Shown: positions 18,630 through 29,191 of the stretch, in pieces
How positions within the stretch are numbered: position 1 is the first letter of the stretch
Layout of the letters: the number at the start of each line of letters is the position of its first letter
The notes under the pieces: generated by a model
What the model was told of the DNA's origin: nothing
Database searches by the model: none
Seen by the model: the letters and a program-made list of their open reading frames with translations, nothing else
Position numbers and translations under genes: made by a program
Source of the DNA: Thiovulum sp. ES
GTDB lineage: Bacteria > Campylobacterota > Campylobacteria > Campylobacterales > Thiovulaceae
DNA: 64,000 nt
Direction of reading: 5' to 3'
Assembly (NCBI GenBank): GCA_000276965.1
Contig: AKKQ01000004.1
Location: 447-64,446 of the forward strand

Positions 18630-19838
18630 ATGAGATTTAAATTTTTAAATAGGTTTTTTCCAAAACTATTTGTTGGTGTTTGGTTGAATGGAGAAAAATA
18701 TTACTTAAATGTTCAGAAAGTTACACCATCAGGTGGTTGGGAAAGCCAAAGTTTTTCTTATGATAAAACTGATGAGCAGTTGGTTTTTAAAAAACTAGAG
18801 AAATTTCAATCGGAAGCAATTTTTACATATATAGCTTTTTTAGATAATTCACATTTTCAGGGAGCAATTCCAACTGGTCGTGAATCTGAATATTTAAATT
18901 TTTCAGAGATTAGTAAATATGATGATTTTGATGATATTCTTTTTAAGAAATTCGGTAAAGAATGGTCAGTTTATACCCTGAAGAGTGAGATTTTAATTTT
19001 TCAAAATCGTTATAAAAGTGTTGGTTTTGATTATATTTTCTCTCCTTTCTTTCTACCTATTTCACTACAAAAAAGAAACCAACTTATTAATAAAACCTCA
19101 CTTTTTGCTGTTGTTCAAGATAATGCAATTGTTGTATCTATTTTCAATGGCGAAAAATTGCTTTACGGAAAATATGTCGATGAGGTCGATTTTAATGAGA
19201 TTGATATTGAAGAATCTAAAAGTGAAATTGAAGAAGATGTTTTTGAAATCTCTTCAGACTCAAAATTAGAAAGAGATATTGAAACTGTTTCACTCCGAAA
19301 AAATCAATCTAGTAGCGACTTTTTTGAAGAAGAGTTAGACCTCGATCTTTTTGATTTAGAGCTTGACAAAGAGTTTCCAGAACTTGAAACAAAAGATGAA
19401 GAGCATGAACGAAAAACAATTGATCAGGAATTTGCTAGTGTTGATGTTTTAGACAATGAGATGTTTAGTGAAAAAAATGAAGAGCCTAAAATAGAGGATG
19501 TTACTCCAATTGATGATGGAACACTTGATTTAGAAAAAGAGATTGAAATTGATTTGGATGAGAGTATTGAGACACTTGAAGATATTAGCGACAATGAAGA
19601 AGCAGATTACAACTTTATCTATCAAGCGATAAGAATCGGAGTCGATGAATTCTATAACAAGGAACTCTACCAATCTGATTTTATTGAAAATACTTATATA
19701 GTAACAAACAAGAAAGTAAGTAATATTTTTGTACAAAAACTCGAAAAAGATTACTCTTTTGATGTTGAAAAAATTCGAGTAGATTTTTCGGAACTCATTG
19801 TTGAATTAGTCAAAGAGGAGGTTTTTAATGAAATATAG
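18630..19838 (+). CDS. Hypothetical protein with extremely acidic C-terminal half
   Basis: 402-aa ORF with a long D/E-rich region (EEELDLDLFDLELDKEFPELETKDEEHE...). It overlaps the next ORF by 11 nt. Confidence 0.5.
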   Translation: MRFKFLNRFFPKLFVGVWLNGEKYYLNVQKVTPSGGWESQSFSYDKTDEQLVFKKLEKFQSEAIFTYIAFLDNSHFQGAIPTGRESEYLNFSEISKYDDFDDILFKKFGKEWSVYTLKSEILIFQNRYKSVGFDYIFSPFFLPISLQKRNQLINKTSLFAVVQDNAIVVSIFNGEKLLYGKYVDEVDFNEIDIEESKSEIEEDVFEISSDSKLERDIETVSLRKNQSSSDFFEEELDLDLFDLELDKEFPELETKDEEHERKTIDQEFASVDVLDNEMFSEKNEEPKIEDVTPIDDGTLDLEKEIEIDLDESIETLEDISDNEEADYNFIYQAIRIGVDEFYNKELYQSDFIENTYIVTNKKVSNIFVQKLEKDYSFDVEKIRVDFSELIVELVKEEVFNEI

Positions 19839-20355
19839 TTATATAAAAGCTCGTGAAAAGAGGATTTCCTCTCCAGAAGTTGGGCTTGTTCTCTCATTTT
19901 TTGCTGTTATTTTTCTTTTTATAATTGGTGTCGCTCTCTATTTGAGTTTCAAGATTGATGCTTTTGAACAGAGAAAAGAGGGTTTTGTCCATGAAAAGAG
20001 TCAAGTCGAACACCAAATTACTCTACTTGATAAAGAGATTAAAGTTTTAAAAGAGGCGGTTTTAAACAGCGAGAAACTCAACGAAAAAAATATTTTTATC
20101 TCAACTTCAATAAAAAATCTTTTCCAAATGATTCCTGAAAAAATCACACTTTCAAAAGTTGAACTAAAAGAGAAAGAGATAGTTATTTACGGTGTTACAC
20201 CAACAAAAGATATTTATAATTTACGACTTCTTGCCTCTCTCAAAGCAATTTTTGACAAAAGCTACACCAGTTTCTATCTGCAAGAAAATGGGTGGTATAA
20301 ATTTGTCTCCTACAACTATATGGATAACAATCTAACAATTTTCAGAAACAAATAA
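19828..20355 (+). CDS. Hypothetical bitopic membrane protein (PilN-like topology: short cytoplasmic N-terminus, one TM, coiled coil, small C-terminal domain)
   Basis: TM segment VGLVLSFFAVIFLFIIGVALYLSF, followed by a coiled coil. The assignment rests on topology only. Confidence 0.4.
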   Translation: MKYSYIKAREKRISSPEVGLVLSFFAVIFLFIIGVALYLSFKIDAFEQRKEGFVHEKSQVEHQITLLDKEIKVLKEAVLNSEKLNEKNIFISTSIKNLFQMIPEKITLSKVELKEKEIVIYGVTPTKDIYNLRLLASLKAIFDKSYTSFYLQENGWYKFVSYNYMDNNLTIFRNK

Positions 20356-20368
20356 CTCCTACTAACTT

Positions 20369-20388
20369 TTCCCGTAAAAAAACGGGAA
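20369..20388. terminator. Hairpin ttcccg-taaaaaaa-cgggaa
   Basis: 6-bp GC-containing stem 14 nt after the stop at 20355. There is no clear U-tract. Confidence 0.3.
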
Positions 20389-20459
20389 ATAAAAATCTTA
20401 TTATAAATTTTAAAATTAGTTGATCAGATACAATTTTAAAAAACATAAAACGGAAAAAA

Positions 20460-22982
20460 ATGGACATAAGAAAAGAGTTTATAGAGTTTTTTAAAAAGCG
20501 GGGACACTCAATTGTAGAGAGTTCTCCACTTGTTCCTGATGATGAAAGTCTACTTTTTACAAATGCGGGAATGGTGCAATTCAAAAATATTTTTACGGGC
20601 GAAATCCCAATTCCAGAAAATCCTCGAGCGACCTCATCGCAAACTTGCCTTCGAGCTGGTGGAAAACATAATGATTTAGAAAATGTCGGTTACACAGCTC
20701 GACACCATACACTTTTTGAGATGCTTGGAAATTTCTCTTTTGGCGACTATTTTAAAGAAGATGCAATTAAATATGGTTGGGAATTTGTAACGGAAGTTTT
20801 GGAATTTCCAAAAGAGAAACTTTGGGTAACAATTCACGAAACAGACGACGAAGCTGGTGAAATTTGGAAAAAATATATCTCTCCAGACCGAATTAAGAAA
20901 TTTGGAGACAAAGATAATTTTTGGCAAATGGGCGATACTGGACCTTGTGGCCCGAGTTCTGAAATTTTCTATGACCAAGGTGAAGAGCAATTTTCATCTT
21001 CCGAAGACTATTTAGGTGGAGAGGGCGATCGATTTTTAGAAATTTGGAATCTTGTTTTTATGCAATATGACCGAGACAAAAATGGAAATTTAAATCCACT
21101 TCCAAAACCAAGTATTGATACAGGAATGGGTCTTGAGCGAGTTACTGCAATTCATGAAGGCAAAACAACAAATTTTCACTCTTCACTTTTCATGCCACTT
21201 TTGGAAAAAATTGCTGACCTCATCGGCAAAAAATATGAACCAGAAACAGGTGGAAGTTATCGGGTAATTGCGGATCATATTCGGGCTGTCTCATTCCTAC
21301 TTTCTCAAGGTGTCTCTTTTGGAAATAGTGGTCGTGGCTATGTTTTAAGAAGAATTCTTCGTCGTGCTGTTCGTCACGGGTATTTGCTCGGTTTCCGAAC
21401 TCCATTTTTGCATAAAATCTTAGAAACTCTTGTTTCAGGAATGGAAAATTCGTATCCTTATTTGAGAACTGAAAAAGAGAGAGTTGAAATTGAGATACTT
21501 CGAGAAGAAGAGAGATTCTTCAAAACTATCGAATTGGGAATCCAACTTTTTGAGTCTGAAATTGTAAATACAAAAGATATTTTTTCAGGCGAAACTGCAT
21601 TTAAACTTTACGACACTTACGGTTTTCCACTTGACTTGACTGAAGACATGTTGCGGGAAAAAGGTTTGAAATTAGATTCTGAAACTTTCCAAAAACTTAT
21701 GAAAGAGCAGAGAGAGAGGGCAAAAGCAAATTGGCAAGGTAGCGGAGATTCTTCAGAAACTGGAGATTTCAAAGAGCTTCTTTCAGAATTTGGTGAAAAC
21801 TCATTTTGTTATGAAAAAACAGTTTTGAAAAGCAAAGTTCTAGCTGTTCTTGATGAAAATTTTAAAAGAGTCCAGAGTTCTGAAAATGGTTGGGTGCTTT
21901 TCTCTGAAACTCCATTTTATGCTGAAAGTGGTGGGCAAACTGGAGATTCTGGAAATTTTGGAGAATCTGAAATTCTGGATACAAAAAAGTTTCATGGATT
22001 AAATCTCTCAAAATTTAGTGGAAAAATCGCAGTCGGAGAAATTCGAGAGGCGAAAGTATCAAATTCAAGAAAAGAGATTGCAAAACATCATTCGGCAACT
22101 CACCTTTTACATTCAGCACTTCGTGAAGTTTTAGGCGACCGAGTTCAACAAGCGGGTAGTTTGGTTTTGGCTGATAAATTACGATTTGATTTTTCTCATG
22201 ACGGAGCTGTTTCATCCCAAAATTTAGATAAAGTTGAGGAAATTGTCAATCGTGTAATTTTCCGTGGAGTTTCTCAAAAAACTGAAATTCTCTCTCCAGA
22301 TGAAGCTAAAGAACGAGGTGCAATGGCACTTTTTGGTGAAAAATATGGCGATGAGGTTCGGGTGGTCTCTTTTGAAAATGAGTCGATGGAACTTTGTGGT
22401 GGAACTCATGTCCAAAACAGCTCAGAAATCGGAACTTGTCTAATTTTAAAAGAGTCTGGTGTTTCTGCGGGAGTCCGAAGAATTGAGGCTGTTGTTGGTG
22501 AAAGTGCTTACAAATATCTTAAAAATTTACAAAAAGAACGAGATGAAGCAATTTCTAAAATGAAAAGTCAAAACCTCATCGGCGGAATTGAGAAACTTCA
22601 AAAAACTATTTCAGAATTGAAAAATGAGATTGTAGCTTTACAAAAATCTTCACAAAAAAGTTTTGCCGTGGAAAAAATTGGCGAGATAAATTGTATTGTT
22701 GATGAACTCCAAAATGGTGATATTAAAGGTGAGATTGACAAAATCAAAAATGCTCACGAATCAATTGCGGTAATGCTGTTTCAGAAAAAAGGAAACAAAG
22801 TTCTTCTTGCTTCAGGTAGTAAAAATTCGCCTGTTCATTCTGGAAATTGGATTAAAAAAGTAGCTCCAATTCTAGGCGGTGGCGGAGGTGGTCGTCCAGA
22901 TTTTGCCCAAGCTGGTGGAAAAGATGTTTCTAAAATTGCTAATGCAAAAAAAGAGGCTATCGAGTTTTTAAAAAATATCTAA
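20460..22982 (+). CDS. alaS: Alanine--tRNA ligase
   Basis: [28 protein letters not shown], and the editing-domain HSATHLLH...CGGTH. Confidence 0.96.
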   Translation: MDIRKEFIEFFKKRGHSIVESSPLVPDDESLLFTNAGMVQFKNIFTGEIPIPENPRATSSQTCLRAGGKHNDLENVGYTARHHTLFEMLGNFSFGDYFKEDAIKYGWEFVTEVLEFPKEKLWVTIHETDDEAGEIWKKYISPDRIKKFGDKDNFWQMGDTGPCGPSSEIFYDQGEEQFSSSEDYLGGEGDRFLEIWNLVFMQYDRDKNGNLNPLPKPSIDTGMGLERVTAIHEGKTTNFHSSLFMPLLEKIADLIGKKYEPETGGSYRVIADHIRAVSFLLSQGVSFGNSGRGYVLRRILRRAVRHGYLLGFRTPFLHKILETLVSGMENSYPYLRTEKERVEIEILREEERFFKTIELGIQLFESEIVNTKDIFSGETAFKLYDTYGFPLDLTEDMLREKGLKLDSETFQKLMKEQRERAKANWQGSGDSSETGDFKELLSEFGENSFCYEKTVLKSKVLAVLDENFKRVQSSENGWVLFSETPFYAESGGQTGDSGNFGESEILDTKKFHGLNLSKFSGKIAVGEIREAKVSNSRKEIAKHHSATHLLHSALREVLGDRVQQAGSLVLADKLRFDFSHDGAVSSQNLDKVEEIVNRVIFRGVSQKTEILSPDEAKERGAMALFGEKYGDEVRVVSFENESMELCGGTHVQNSSEIGTCLILKESGVSAGVRRIEAVVGESAYKYLKNLQKERDEAISKMKSQNLIGGIEKLQKTISELKNEIVALQKSSQKSFAVEKIGEINCIVDELQNGDIKGEIDKIKNAHESIAVMLFQKKGNKVLLASGSKNSPVHSGNWIKKVAPILGGGGGGRPDFAQAGGKDVSKIANAKKEAIEFLKNI

Positions 22983-22986
22983 TTTT

Positions 22987-23010
22987 TTGTCGGAACTTTC
23001 CGACAATTTT
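22987..23010 (+). terminator. TGTCGGA-family hairpin with T-run (ttgtcgg-aacttt-ccgacaa-tttt)
   Basis: 7-bp stem followed directly by TTTT, 5 nt after the alaS stop. Confidence 0.7.
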
Positions 23011-23047
23011 TAAAGTGGTTAGAATTGCAAAAAATTAAAAGAGAATA

Positions 23048-23311
23048 ATGAACGAAGAAATCACATATTCTGAACTTGTAAATAAAGTTTTTGAGCGAAC
23101 ACTAAACTTAAGAGATGAAGCTGAAATCAAAAAAGAGGTAAAAGACCGACTCACAAAAAAAGAGCTTAAATCACTTTTACACATCTATTCTGGTGGTCAA
23201 GAAAATGAAATTATGGAGAAGTTAAATCTCGATTCTGAGAGATTTCAAGCTGTTTTAGATAGTGGAAAAAAGAAGATTAAAAACGGTTTTTCAAAACTCA
23301 CACTCCAATAG
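23048..23311 (+). CDS. Small hypothetical protein, possible sigma-70 region 4 / LuxR-type HTH
   Basis: LTKKELKSLLHIYSGGQENEIMEKLNLDSERFQAVLDSGKKKIK resembles an r4-type HTH. This is a weak call made by eye. Confidence 0.35.
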   Translation: MNEEITYSELVNKVFERTLNLRDEAEIKKEVKDRLTKKELKSLLHIYSGGQENEIMEKLNLDSERFQAVLDSGKKKIKNGFSKLTLQ

Positions 23312-23314
23312 AAA

Positions 23315-23334
23315 TTGTCGGATTTCTCCGACAA
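23315..23334. terminator. TGTCGGA-family hairpin (ttgtcgga-tttc-tccgacaa)
   Basis: Perfect 8-bp stem between convergent genes. Confidence 0.6.
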
Positions 23335-23340
23335 ATAGAG

Positions 23341-25539
23341 TTAAATTTTGAGTCTGAAAACTTTTGCGATTGGAGTTAGAATAACTGGTTCAAAAAGTTC
23401 TCGTGGGTATGTTTCAAGAATGAAAAGCTGAAAATATGCTGAATTTAGAGTGTAATTATCAACAACAATCATTTTTCCGTATGACTGCATGAAAATTATT
23501 GAAATTCCTGCACCTGCTCGGAGTTGCATTCTTTGAGTTTTCATCTGTCCATTTTTCTGATATTGTGTAATAAAAAAGCTATCAATCGGTTTTTCTTGAT
23601 TTCCAACTTTTAGTGTTCCTTTTGTTTTGTCAAAAGATAATCCACCGCCAAGCACAATCTCTTTTCCTGTATCTTTAAAATTATCAGTTTGATAAAAGAA
23701 AGGTCGAATTTTCTGATTTCCTGTTTTTAAATCAATTTGTGAAAAAAGTCCAACAGTTGGTAAAATATTCAACATTCTCAACGGTAGATAATAATAAACA
23801 TCTCGAGTTTTTGCTGGAAGTTTGAATTTACTTCTATGAATTCCTGCAATAAATTCGTCTGGATTTGTCAAGCCTAAATCTTTCATCATGTGAGAAATTT
23901 CTGGTTTTCCGTTATTAAAATATTCTGCTGAAAAACGAGCCATATTTGCCGAAGCGATTGGGTCTCTCATAAGTGAAAAACTAGCAGGATAATTTCGATT
24001 TCCAGAGTGTTTTGCACCATCTACAAAAGTTCGAGTATCTGCATAATATCGGATTGGATATCCATAATCCCACCATGCCATCGTGTAGTCATCGCTTTTT
24101 GCCATCTGTTTCAATTCATCAAGAACCGCAACTTCATTTTTGTTGAAAACAACAGGAACTTTATACTCTTTAATGTGAATATAATTTGGATAGAGAGCAA
24201 GAGTTGTTAAAATTGTCGCAAATGCATATTTTAAAAGATTTGTGTTGAAATCTTTCACAATAATTGTGATGAGGTATCCTAAACCGAGTGCATAAATTGG
24301 AACAGCATAAACTGTAAATCGTAGTCCATTTTGGTAAGCTAAAAAACCGAGTCCAATCATTGGAATTGCAATAAGCATAATTCTAAATCTAAAAATTAGT
24401 AGAAGAACTCCAAGAGATGAAATCCAAAAAGTTATAGGGTGTCCGCTAATTCTATTTACAAAAACATCAAACGGAATTGCACTTGCTTCACGAACAGTTT
24501 GAACAACATTATAATATTTAAGTTGAATTTCGTCAGTTCCACCAACAGCAGATTCTGCACGACCAACATAACTTTTTAATTGTGCAATTATTGAGTCAAA
24601 AGCTCCAGAAAATAATAAAGCAACACCAGAAATCAGAAAAACAGCAATAATATATCTATCAAAAGTGATTTTTCGTTTTTTTGCTTTTTTCTTTAAATTT
24701 ACAACCTCATCGCTATCAGTTTCATTTTCTTCATGATCTGTATAGTGATCTATATTTTCAAGCCAAAAAATTACACCAAAAAGTGCAATAATTACAGCAA
24801 TTTTAATATAGGCTTCAATTGGAAAAAGAGCAATGAAGAAAATTGACATCAATTTATAGTTATACATCTCTTTTCGCTCAAGCATAACAGTGTAAATAAA
24901 AGTCATTCCAATAAGTGCTAATGAGAGTGAAAAACCTTGTGGATACCAATATAAATAGACAACTTCAAAAAGTGGTGCAAAAAGCAGAAAGCTATTTTCT
25001 CGTTTTTTAATTGCGACAATTATTCCCCAAAGAACAAATGTCGGTAAAACAATTGCCAACATATCACTGTCATAATACCCCGTCATTGTTCTGTTGTAAT
25101 AACTCCACGTTACCGCACCAACAACACCCGCGATAAATCCCATAAGTGGTTGCTTTAGTGCCTGTCCAATTAAAATAAGTGGAATTACAAGAAGAGAACC
25201 AAGAAACGACGGCATCCAAAGAATTGTTGTCTCAAAAGAGAAAGGCAAAATAGATGCAAAAAAAGCTGTAAGCTGTGCCACTGGATTATGAACTGGAGAA
25301 CCATCAATTGAGTTGTATTCAGTTTGTCCATTCAAAAGGTCTCTAGCACCTTCTGCAAAATAGTAACCATCGTTTGTATTGATCATTAGTTCGCCAAGCC
25401 ATTTGAAACTTTCCACAGCACTAAATTGATCAACCCAAATATATCTCATACCAACTGAAAAGAGAAAAGCAAAAAGAATTGCAAAAAATAGCTGGGTGAT
25501 TCCCCACTCGCTATCTTCTGTTTTTAAAAGTTTTTTCAT
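23341..25539 (-). CDS. pglB: Undecaprenyl-diphosphooligosaccharide--protein glycotransferase (STT3/PglB family oligosaccharyltransferase)
   Basis: Multi-TM N-terminal domain and the diagnostic WWDYGY motif (MAWWDYGYPIRYY). 732 aa. Confidence 0.88.
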   Translation of the reverse strand: MKKLLKTEDSEWGITQLFFAILFAFLFSVGMRYIWVDQFSAVESFKWLGELMINTNDGYYFAEGARDLLNGQTEYNSIDGSPVHNPVAQLTAFFASILPFSFETTILWMPSFLGSLLVIPLILIGQALKQPLMGFIAGVVGAVTWSYYNRTMTGYYDSDMLAIVLPTFVLWGIIVAIKKRENSFLLFAPLFEVVYLYWYPQGFSLSLALIGMTFIYTVMLERKEMYNYKLMSIFFIALFPIEAYIKIAVIIALFGVIFWLENIDHYTDHEENETDSDEVVNLKKKAKKRKITFDRYIIAVFLISGVALLFSGAFDSIIAQLKSYVGRAESAVGGTDEIQLKYYNVVQTVREASAIPFDVFVNRISGHPITFWISSLGVLLLIFRFRIMLIAIPMIGLGFLAYQNGLRFTVYAVPIYALGLGYLITIIVKDFNTNLLKYAFATILTTLALYPNYIHIKEYKVPVVFNKNEVAVLDELKQMAKSDDYTMAWWDYGYPIRYYADTRTFVDGAKHSGNRNYPASFSLMRDPIASANMARFSAEYFNNGKPEISHMMKDLGLTNPDEFIAGIHRSKFKLPAKTRDVYYYLPLRMLNILPTVGLFSQIDLKTGNQKIRPFFYQTDNFKDTGKEIVLGGGLSFDKTKGTLKVGNQEKPIDSFFITQYQKNGQMKTQRMQLRAGAGISIIFMQSYGKMIVVDNYTLNSAYFQLFILETYPRELFEPVILTPIAKVFRLKI

Positions 25540-25615
25540 TTAAAACCTTAGATTTAAATTAAGCAAAATTCTAACAAAAAAGTATTTTTTAAACTTCTTA
25601 TAATTGTGAAAAAAT

Positions 25616-27016
25616 TTGGAGATATTTGTGAAAAAAATTTTAGTTGTTGGTGATTTGATGATTGATAATTATCTTTGGGGAAGTTGTTCAAGAATTTCCC
25701 CAGAAGCACCTGTTCAAATTGTGGATATTGAAAATGAGACAAAAGTTTTAGGCGGTGCTGGAAATGTTGTCCTAAATTTGAAAAGTTTTCAAGTTGAAGT
25801 TTCTGTTCTTTCAGTTATTGGAGAAGACGAAACAGCAAATGAATTGAAAAATATGTTTTCCGAATTGGAAATATCAGCAGACCTCATCGTGCAAAAAGAT
25901 CGAAAAACATCCAAAAAAACAAGAATTATGGCTTCGCATTCTCAAGTTGTTAGATTTGACAAAGAGACGAAAGATGAAATTAGTTCAGAGAGTGAAAAAA
26001 AGCTTTTAGAAATATTTCATAAAAAGTATTTGGATTATGATTTGATTTTGCTTTCAGACTATGGAAAAGGTGTTTTAACAGATAAGGTTTGTCGTATAAT
26101 TATTGATAATTCTAAGAAAGTTTTGGTTGATCCAAAAGGAACAAACTACCAAAAATATAGCGGAGCATTTTTATTGACACCGAATAAAAAAGAGAGTGAA
26201 ATCGCGACAGAAATTAAAATTATCGATGAGGTTTCATTGAAAAATGCACTAGAAAAATTAAGAGAGATTTCAAATTTGAAAATTCCGCTAATTACTTTGA
26301 GTGAAGAGGGAATTGCATTTTTGGACGAAGATAAAGTTGTAAAAAAACCAACTGTTGCAAGAGAAGTTTATGATGTTACTGGTGCGGGAGACACTGTTTT
26401 AGCTTCACTTGGATTTGCAATTTTAAATGGTAAAAATGTTGAAGAAGCTGTCGAGTTTGCAAATTTATCTGCGGGAGTTGTTGTCGGAAAAATTGGAAGT
26501 GCTACTGCGACATTGCAAGAAATTGAAAATTATAAAAATTCTCTTCACCAAAATTCCATTGATAGTAAAATTAAGAGTTGGGCGGAAATTTCTAAAATTG
26601 TCGAGCAGTTTCGAGATAAAAAAATTGTATTTACAAATGGGGTTTTTGATATTTTGCATCGCGGACATGTTTCATATTTGCACACAGCGAAATCTTTCGG
26701 CGATGTTTTAATTCTTGGACTAAATTCTGATAAATCTGTCAAAAGATTAAAAGGTGAAGAGAGACCAATAAATTCAGAATACGACCGAGCTTTTTTACTT
26801 TCTGCTTTAGAATCTGTTGATTTTGTTACGGTTTTTGAAGAAGATACTCCACTTGAACTTATAAAAATTGTGAAACCAAATGTGCTTGTGAAGGGCGGAG
26901 ATTACGAAGGAAAAGTTGTCGTTGGTAGCGAAATTGCCGATGAGGTCAAACTTGTCTCTTTTGTTGATGGAAAAAGCACAACAAAAACTATTGAAAAAAT
27001 CAAAAATAAAAGTTGA
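25616..27016 (+). CDS. hldE: Bifunctional D-beta-D-heptose 7-phosphate kinase / D-beta-D-heptose 1-phosphate adenylyltransferase
   Basis: Ribokinase-like N-terminal half (DVTGAGDTV) and a cytidylyltransferase C-terminal half (FTNGVFDILHRGHVSYL). The start is uncertain: TTG 25616 or GTG 25628. Confidence 0.9.
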   Translation: MEIFVKKILVVGDLMIDNYLWGSCSRISPEAPVQIVDIENETKVLGGAGNVVLNLKSFQVEVSVLSVIGEDETANELKNMFSELEISADLIVQKDRKTSKKTRIMASHSQVVRFDKETKDEISSESEKKLLEIFHKKYLDYDLILLSDYGKGVLTDKVCRIIIDNSKKVLVDPKGTNYQKYSGAFLLTPNKKESEIATEIKIIDEVSLKNALEKLREISNLKIPLITLSEEGIAFLDEDKVVKKPTVAREVYDVTGAGDTVLASLGFAILNGKNVEEAVEFANLSAGVVVGKIGSATATLQEIENYKNSLHQNSIDSKIKSWAEISKIVEQFRDKKIVFTNGVFDILHRGHVSYLHTAKSFGDVLILGLNSDKSVKRLKGEERPINSEYDRAFLLSALESVDFVTVFEEDTPLELIKIVKPNVLVKGGDYEGKVVVGSEIADEVKLVSFVDGKSTTKTIEKIKNKS

Positions 27017-27021
27017 AAAAA

Positions 27022-27040
27022 TTCCCGATGAGGTCGGGAA
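27022..27040. terminator. Hairpin ttcccga-tgagg-tcgggaa containing the only intergenic copy of CGATGAGGTC
   Basis: 7-bp stem between the convergent hldE (+) and dus (-) genes. The 10-mer occupies 27026-27035. Confidence 0.55.
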
Positions 27041-27046
27041 CAGAAA

Positions 27047-27976
27047 TTAAAAGTAATTTGAGATTGTTTCTCGAATTATTTCAATATTTTCTAAAGTGTT
27101 GATTCTGTTTCGGAATTCACTTGCACCATCAATTCCTTTTGAATATGTGTGTAGATGTTTTCGGAAAAGAATTGCACCGTAATCTCCGTAAAAATGAACC
27201 ATGGAATCGAAGTGTTCTAAAATAATTTCCCGCTTTAGATTTTTATCGGTTTCAGTTGTGCCATTTCGGATTTGGTGAAAAATCCAAGGATTACCAACTG
27301 CACCTCGACCAATCATAATTCCGTCAGCATTTGTGATTTTCAATACCTCATCGCTTTTTTGGACTGAAGTAATATCGCCATTTGCAACAACAGGAATTGA
27401 TACTGCTGACTTAATTTGTGCAATTGCTTCATAATCAACTTCACTTTTAAAACCCCCGCTACGAGTTCGACCATGAACGGTAATGAAATCAGCACCGCCA
27501 TTTTCAACAGCTTTTCCAATTTCAACTGGATATTTTGAATCAAAACCAATTCGCACTTTGACACTTGTGTATTTTTTAGATGAAGTCTCTTTAATAATTC
27601 GAGTCATTTTTTCAAGTTTGTCTAAATCTTTTAGAAGTCCGCTACCTGAACCGCCTTTTACAACTTTTGGAACAGGACAACCAGAATTCAAATCAATAAT
27701 ATCTATTCCATCTCGACCGTTTAAATACTCAACTGCTTTTCGGACAATTTCAAAATCAGAACCTGCAATTTGAACAGAATAGGGATTTTCATTTTCACTT
27801 TTCTCCACCATTTTAAGACTCTTTTTTGAGCCATAAACAAGTGCATTTGAGCTTATCATTTCACTAACTGTTAAATCGACACCAAATTTTTTGACGACTC
27901 GACGAAATGGCAAATCTGTATAACCCGCAAGAGGGGCTAAAAGTAGAAGGGGTCTATCTTTTTTGAAAAGTTCCAA
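27047..27976 (-). CDS. tRNA-dihydrouridine synthase
   Basis: LAPLAGYTDLPFR, DLNSGCPVPKV and ITVHGRTR are Dus family motifs. Confidence 0.88.
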   Translation of the reverse strand: MELFKKDRPLLLLAPLAGYTDLPFRRVVKKFGVDLTVSEMISSNALVYGSKKSLKMVEKSENENPYSVQIAGSDFEIVRKAVEYLNGRDGIDIIDLNSGCPVPKVVKGGSGSGLLKDLDKLEKMTRIIKETSSKKYTSVKVRIGFDSKYPVEIGKAVENGGADFITVHGRTRSGGFKSEVDYEAIAQIKSAVSIPVVANGDITSVQKSDEVLKITNADGIMIGRGAVGNPWIFHQIRNGTTETDKNLKREIILEHFDSMVHFYGDYGAILFRKHLHTYSKGIDGASEFRNRINTLENIEIIRETISNYF

Positions 27977-27978
27977 AT

Positions 27979-29007
27979 TTACCTCTTAAAGAAAAAATCA
28001 ATATCAAGCAGTGTGTGATCAGTCTGCTTTAAAATAATATATGCTCGGATATGGTTGAATTCAGAATTTCCATGATCTCGAATCAACTCTTCAACTTCTC
28101 CCGTCATCTCAAGATGTAAAAGTGTATAAAGATAGGACTCAAAAGCATCTTCATGTTTATCTGAAAGCTGTTTGAAAAAATCAATTCTAAAATCTGGACT
28201 CATATTTGAATCTTTAACAACACTAGCCATTTTTAGGTAATTCTCTTTGCTGAAATTGAGTTTTTCAACAAGTTCAAGAGCTTTATCAAGTGTTAGAGTA
28301 ATTCCATTTTCTTCTTCATCAACTCTGCTTAAAATATTGAAAAGTCCCTCGATATTTAGCCATTTGTCATATTTTTCAATAGTTTGGAGTGAAGCGGTTC
28401 GACAAAGTCTATTGAATGCTTGAATATAAAGTTTATCGCTATATCCATGCTCCATAATAATCTCTTCTGGATTTCCGTCTCCAAATTGAAGAGCATTTCT
28501 TCGGTTCAACTCTTTTAGATGAAAACCAGAACCGCTTTCAACTTCTACAATTTCACCATTTTGGAGAGCAACAATTTTTTCGATTAGAGGACGAAAAATA
28601 TTCTTTTTGCTCAACCCATCTGCCGAGTTGATTTGAAGTTTTAAGAGTGTAATAAGTTCGCCAATATCTCTGTATTGAGAAGTTTTGTATTGTATCGATG
28701 AGGTCTCTTTTCTTTTTAAATTCATCTCGATTGTGTTTTCTAGTTTCTTTAAATCTCTCTCTTCTGCTTTTTCATGAAAGTAATTTATCATTCCATAAAA
28801 CATAAGATGACCGAGTGAAAATAGGAAAAGAGCCACCGCAGGAATCATAATTGCAATTGCAATTGGTAAATCTGGAAGAGTGTATTGACCGTTGTAAATT
28901 TCAATTGTTCCAGTAGAACTTTGAGTAACAAAAGTGTAGATTGCCCACCCAACAAGCACAAGAAAAAACATTGCAAAAAAGCTATACCGTTTTATATACA
29001 TTTTCAT
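27979..29007 (-). CDS. Hypothetical membrane protein (two N-terminal TM segments, large soluble C-terminal domain)
   Basis: Long ORF tightly packed upstream of dus. I recognise no family. Confidence 0.5.
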   Translation of the reverse strand: MKMYIKRYSFFAMFFLVLVGWAIYTFVTQSSTGTIEIYNGQYTLPDLPIAIAIMIPAVALFLFSLGHLMFYGMINYFHEKAEERDLKKLENTIEMNLKRKETSSIQYKTSQYRDIGELITLLKLQINSADGLSKKNIFRPLIEKIVALQNGEIVEVESGSGFHLKELNRRNALQFGDGNPEEIIMEHGYSDKLYIQAFNRLCRTASLQTIEKYDKWLNIEGLFNILSRVDEEENGITLTLDKALELVEKLNFSKENYLKMASVVKDSNMSPDFRIDFFKQLSDKHEDAFESYLYTLLHLEMTGEVEELIRDHGNSEFNHIRAYIILKQTDHTLLDIDFFFKR

Positions 29008-29191
29008 TTGACTGTTTGCAAAATTCTGCTTTTCACAAAAAATTGCTTACCCCCTTTGATATAAAATTAAAACTAATTTTAATTTTACTGTAAATATTCT
29101 GAGTATTTGGAAAAATTTAGCTTAAAATTTTTTTATTCGCATAATTTCTCTAAAAAACAATGTGATAAAATTAAAACAAAAGGTAATTTTA

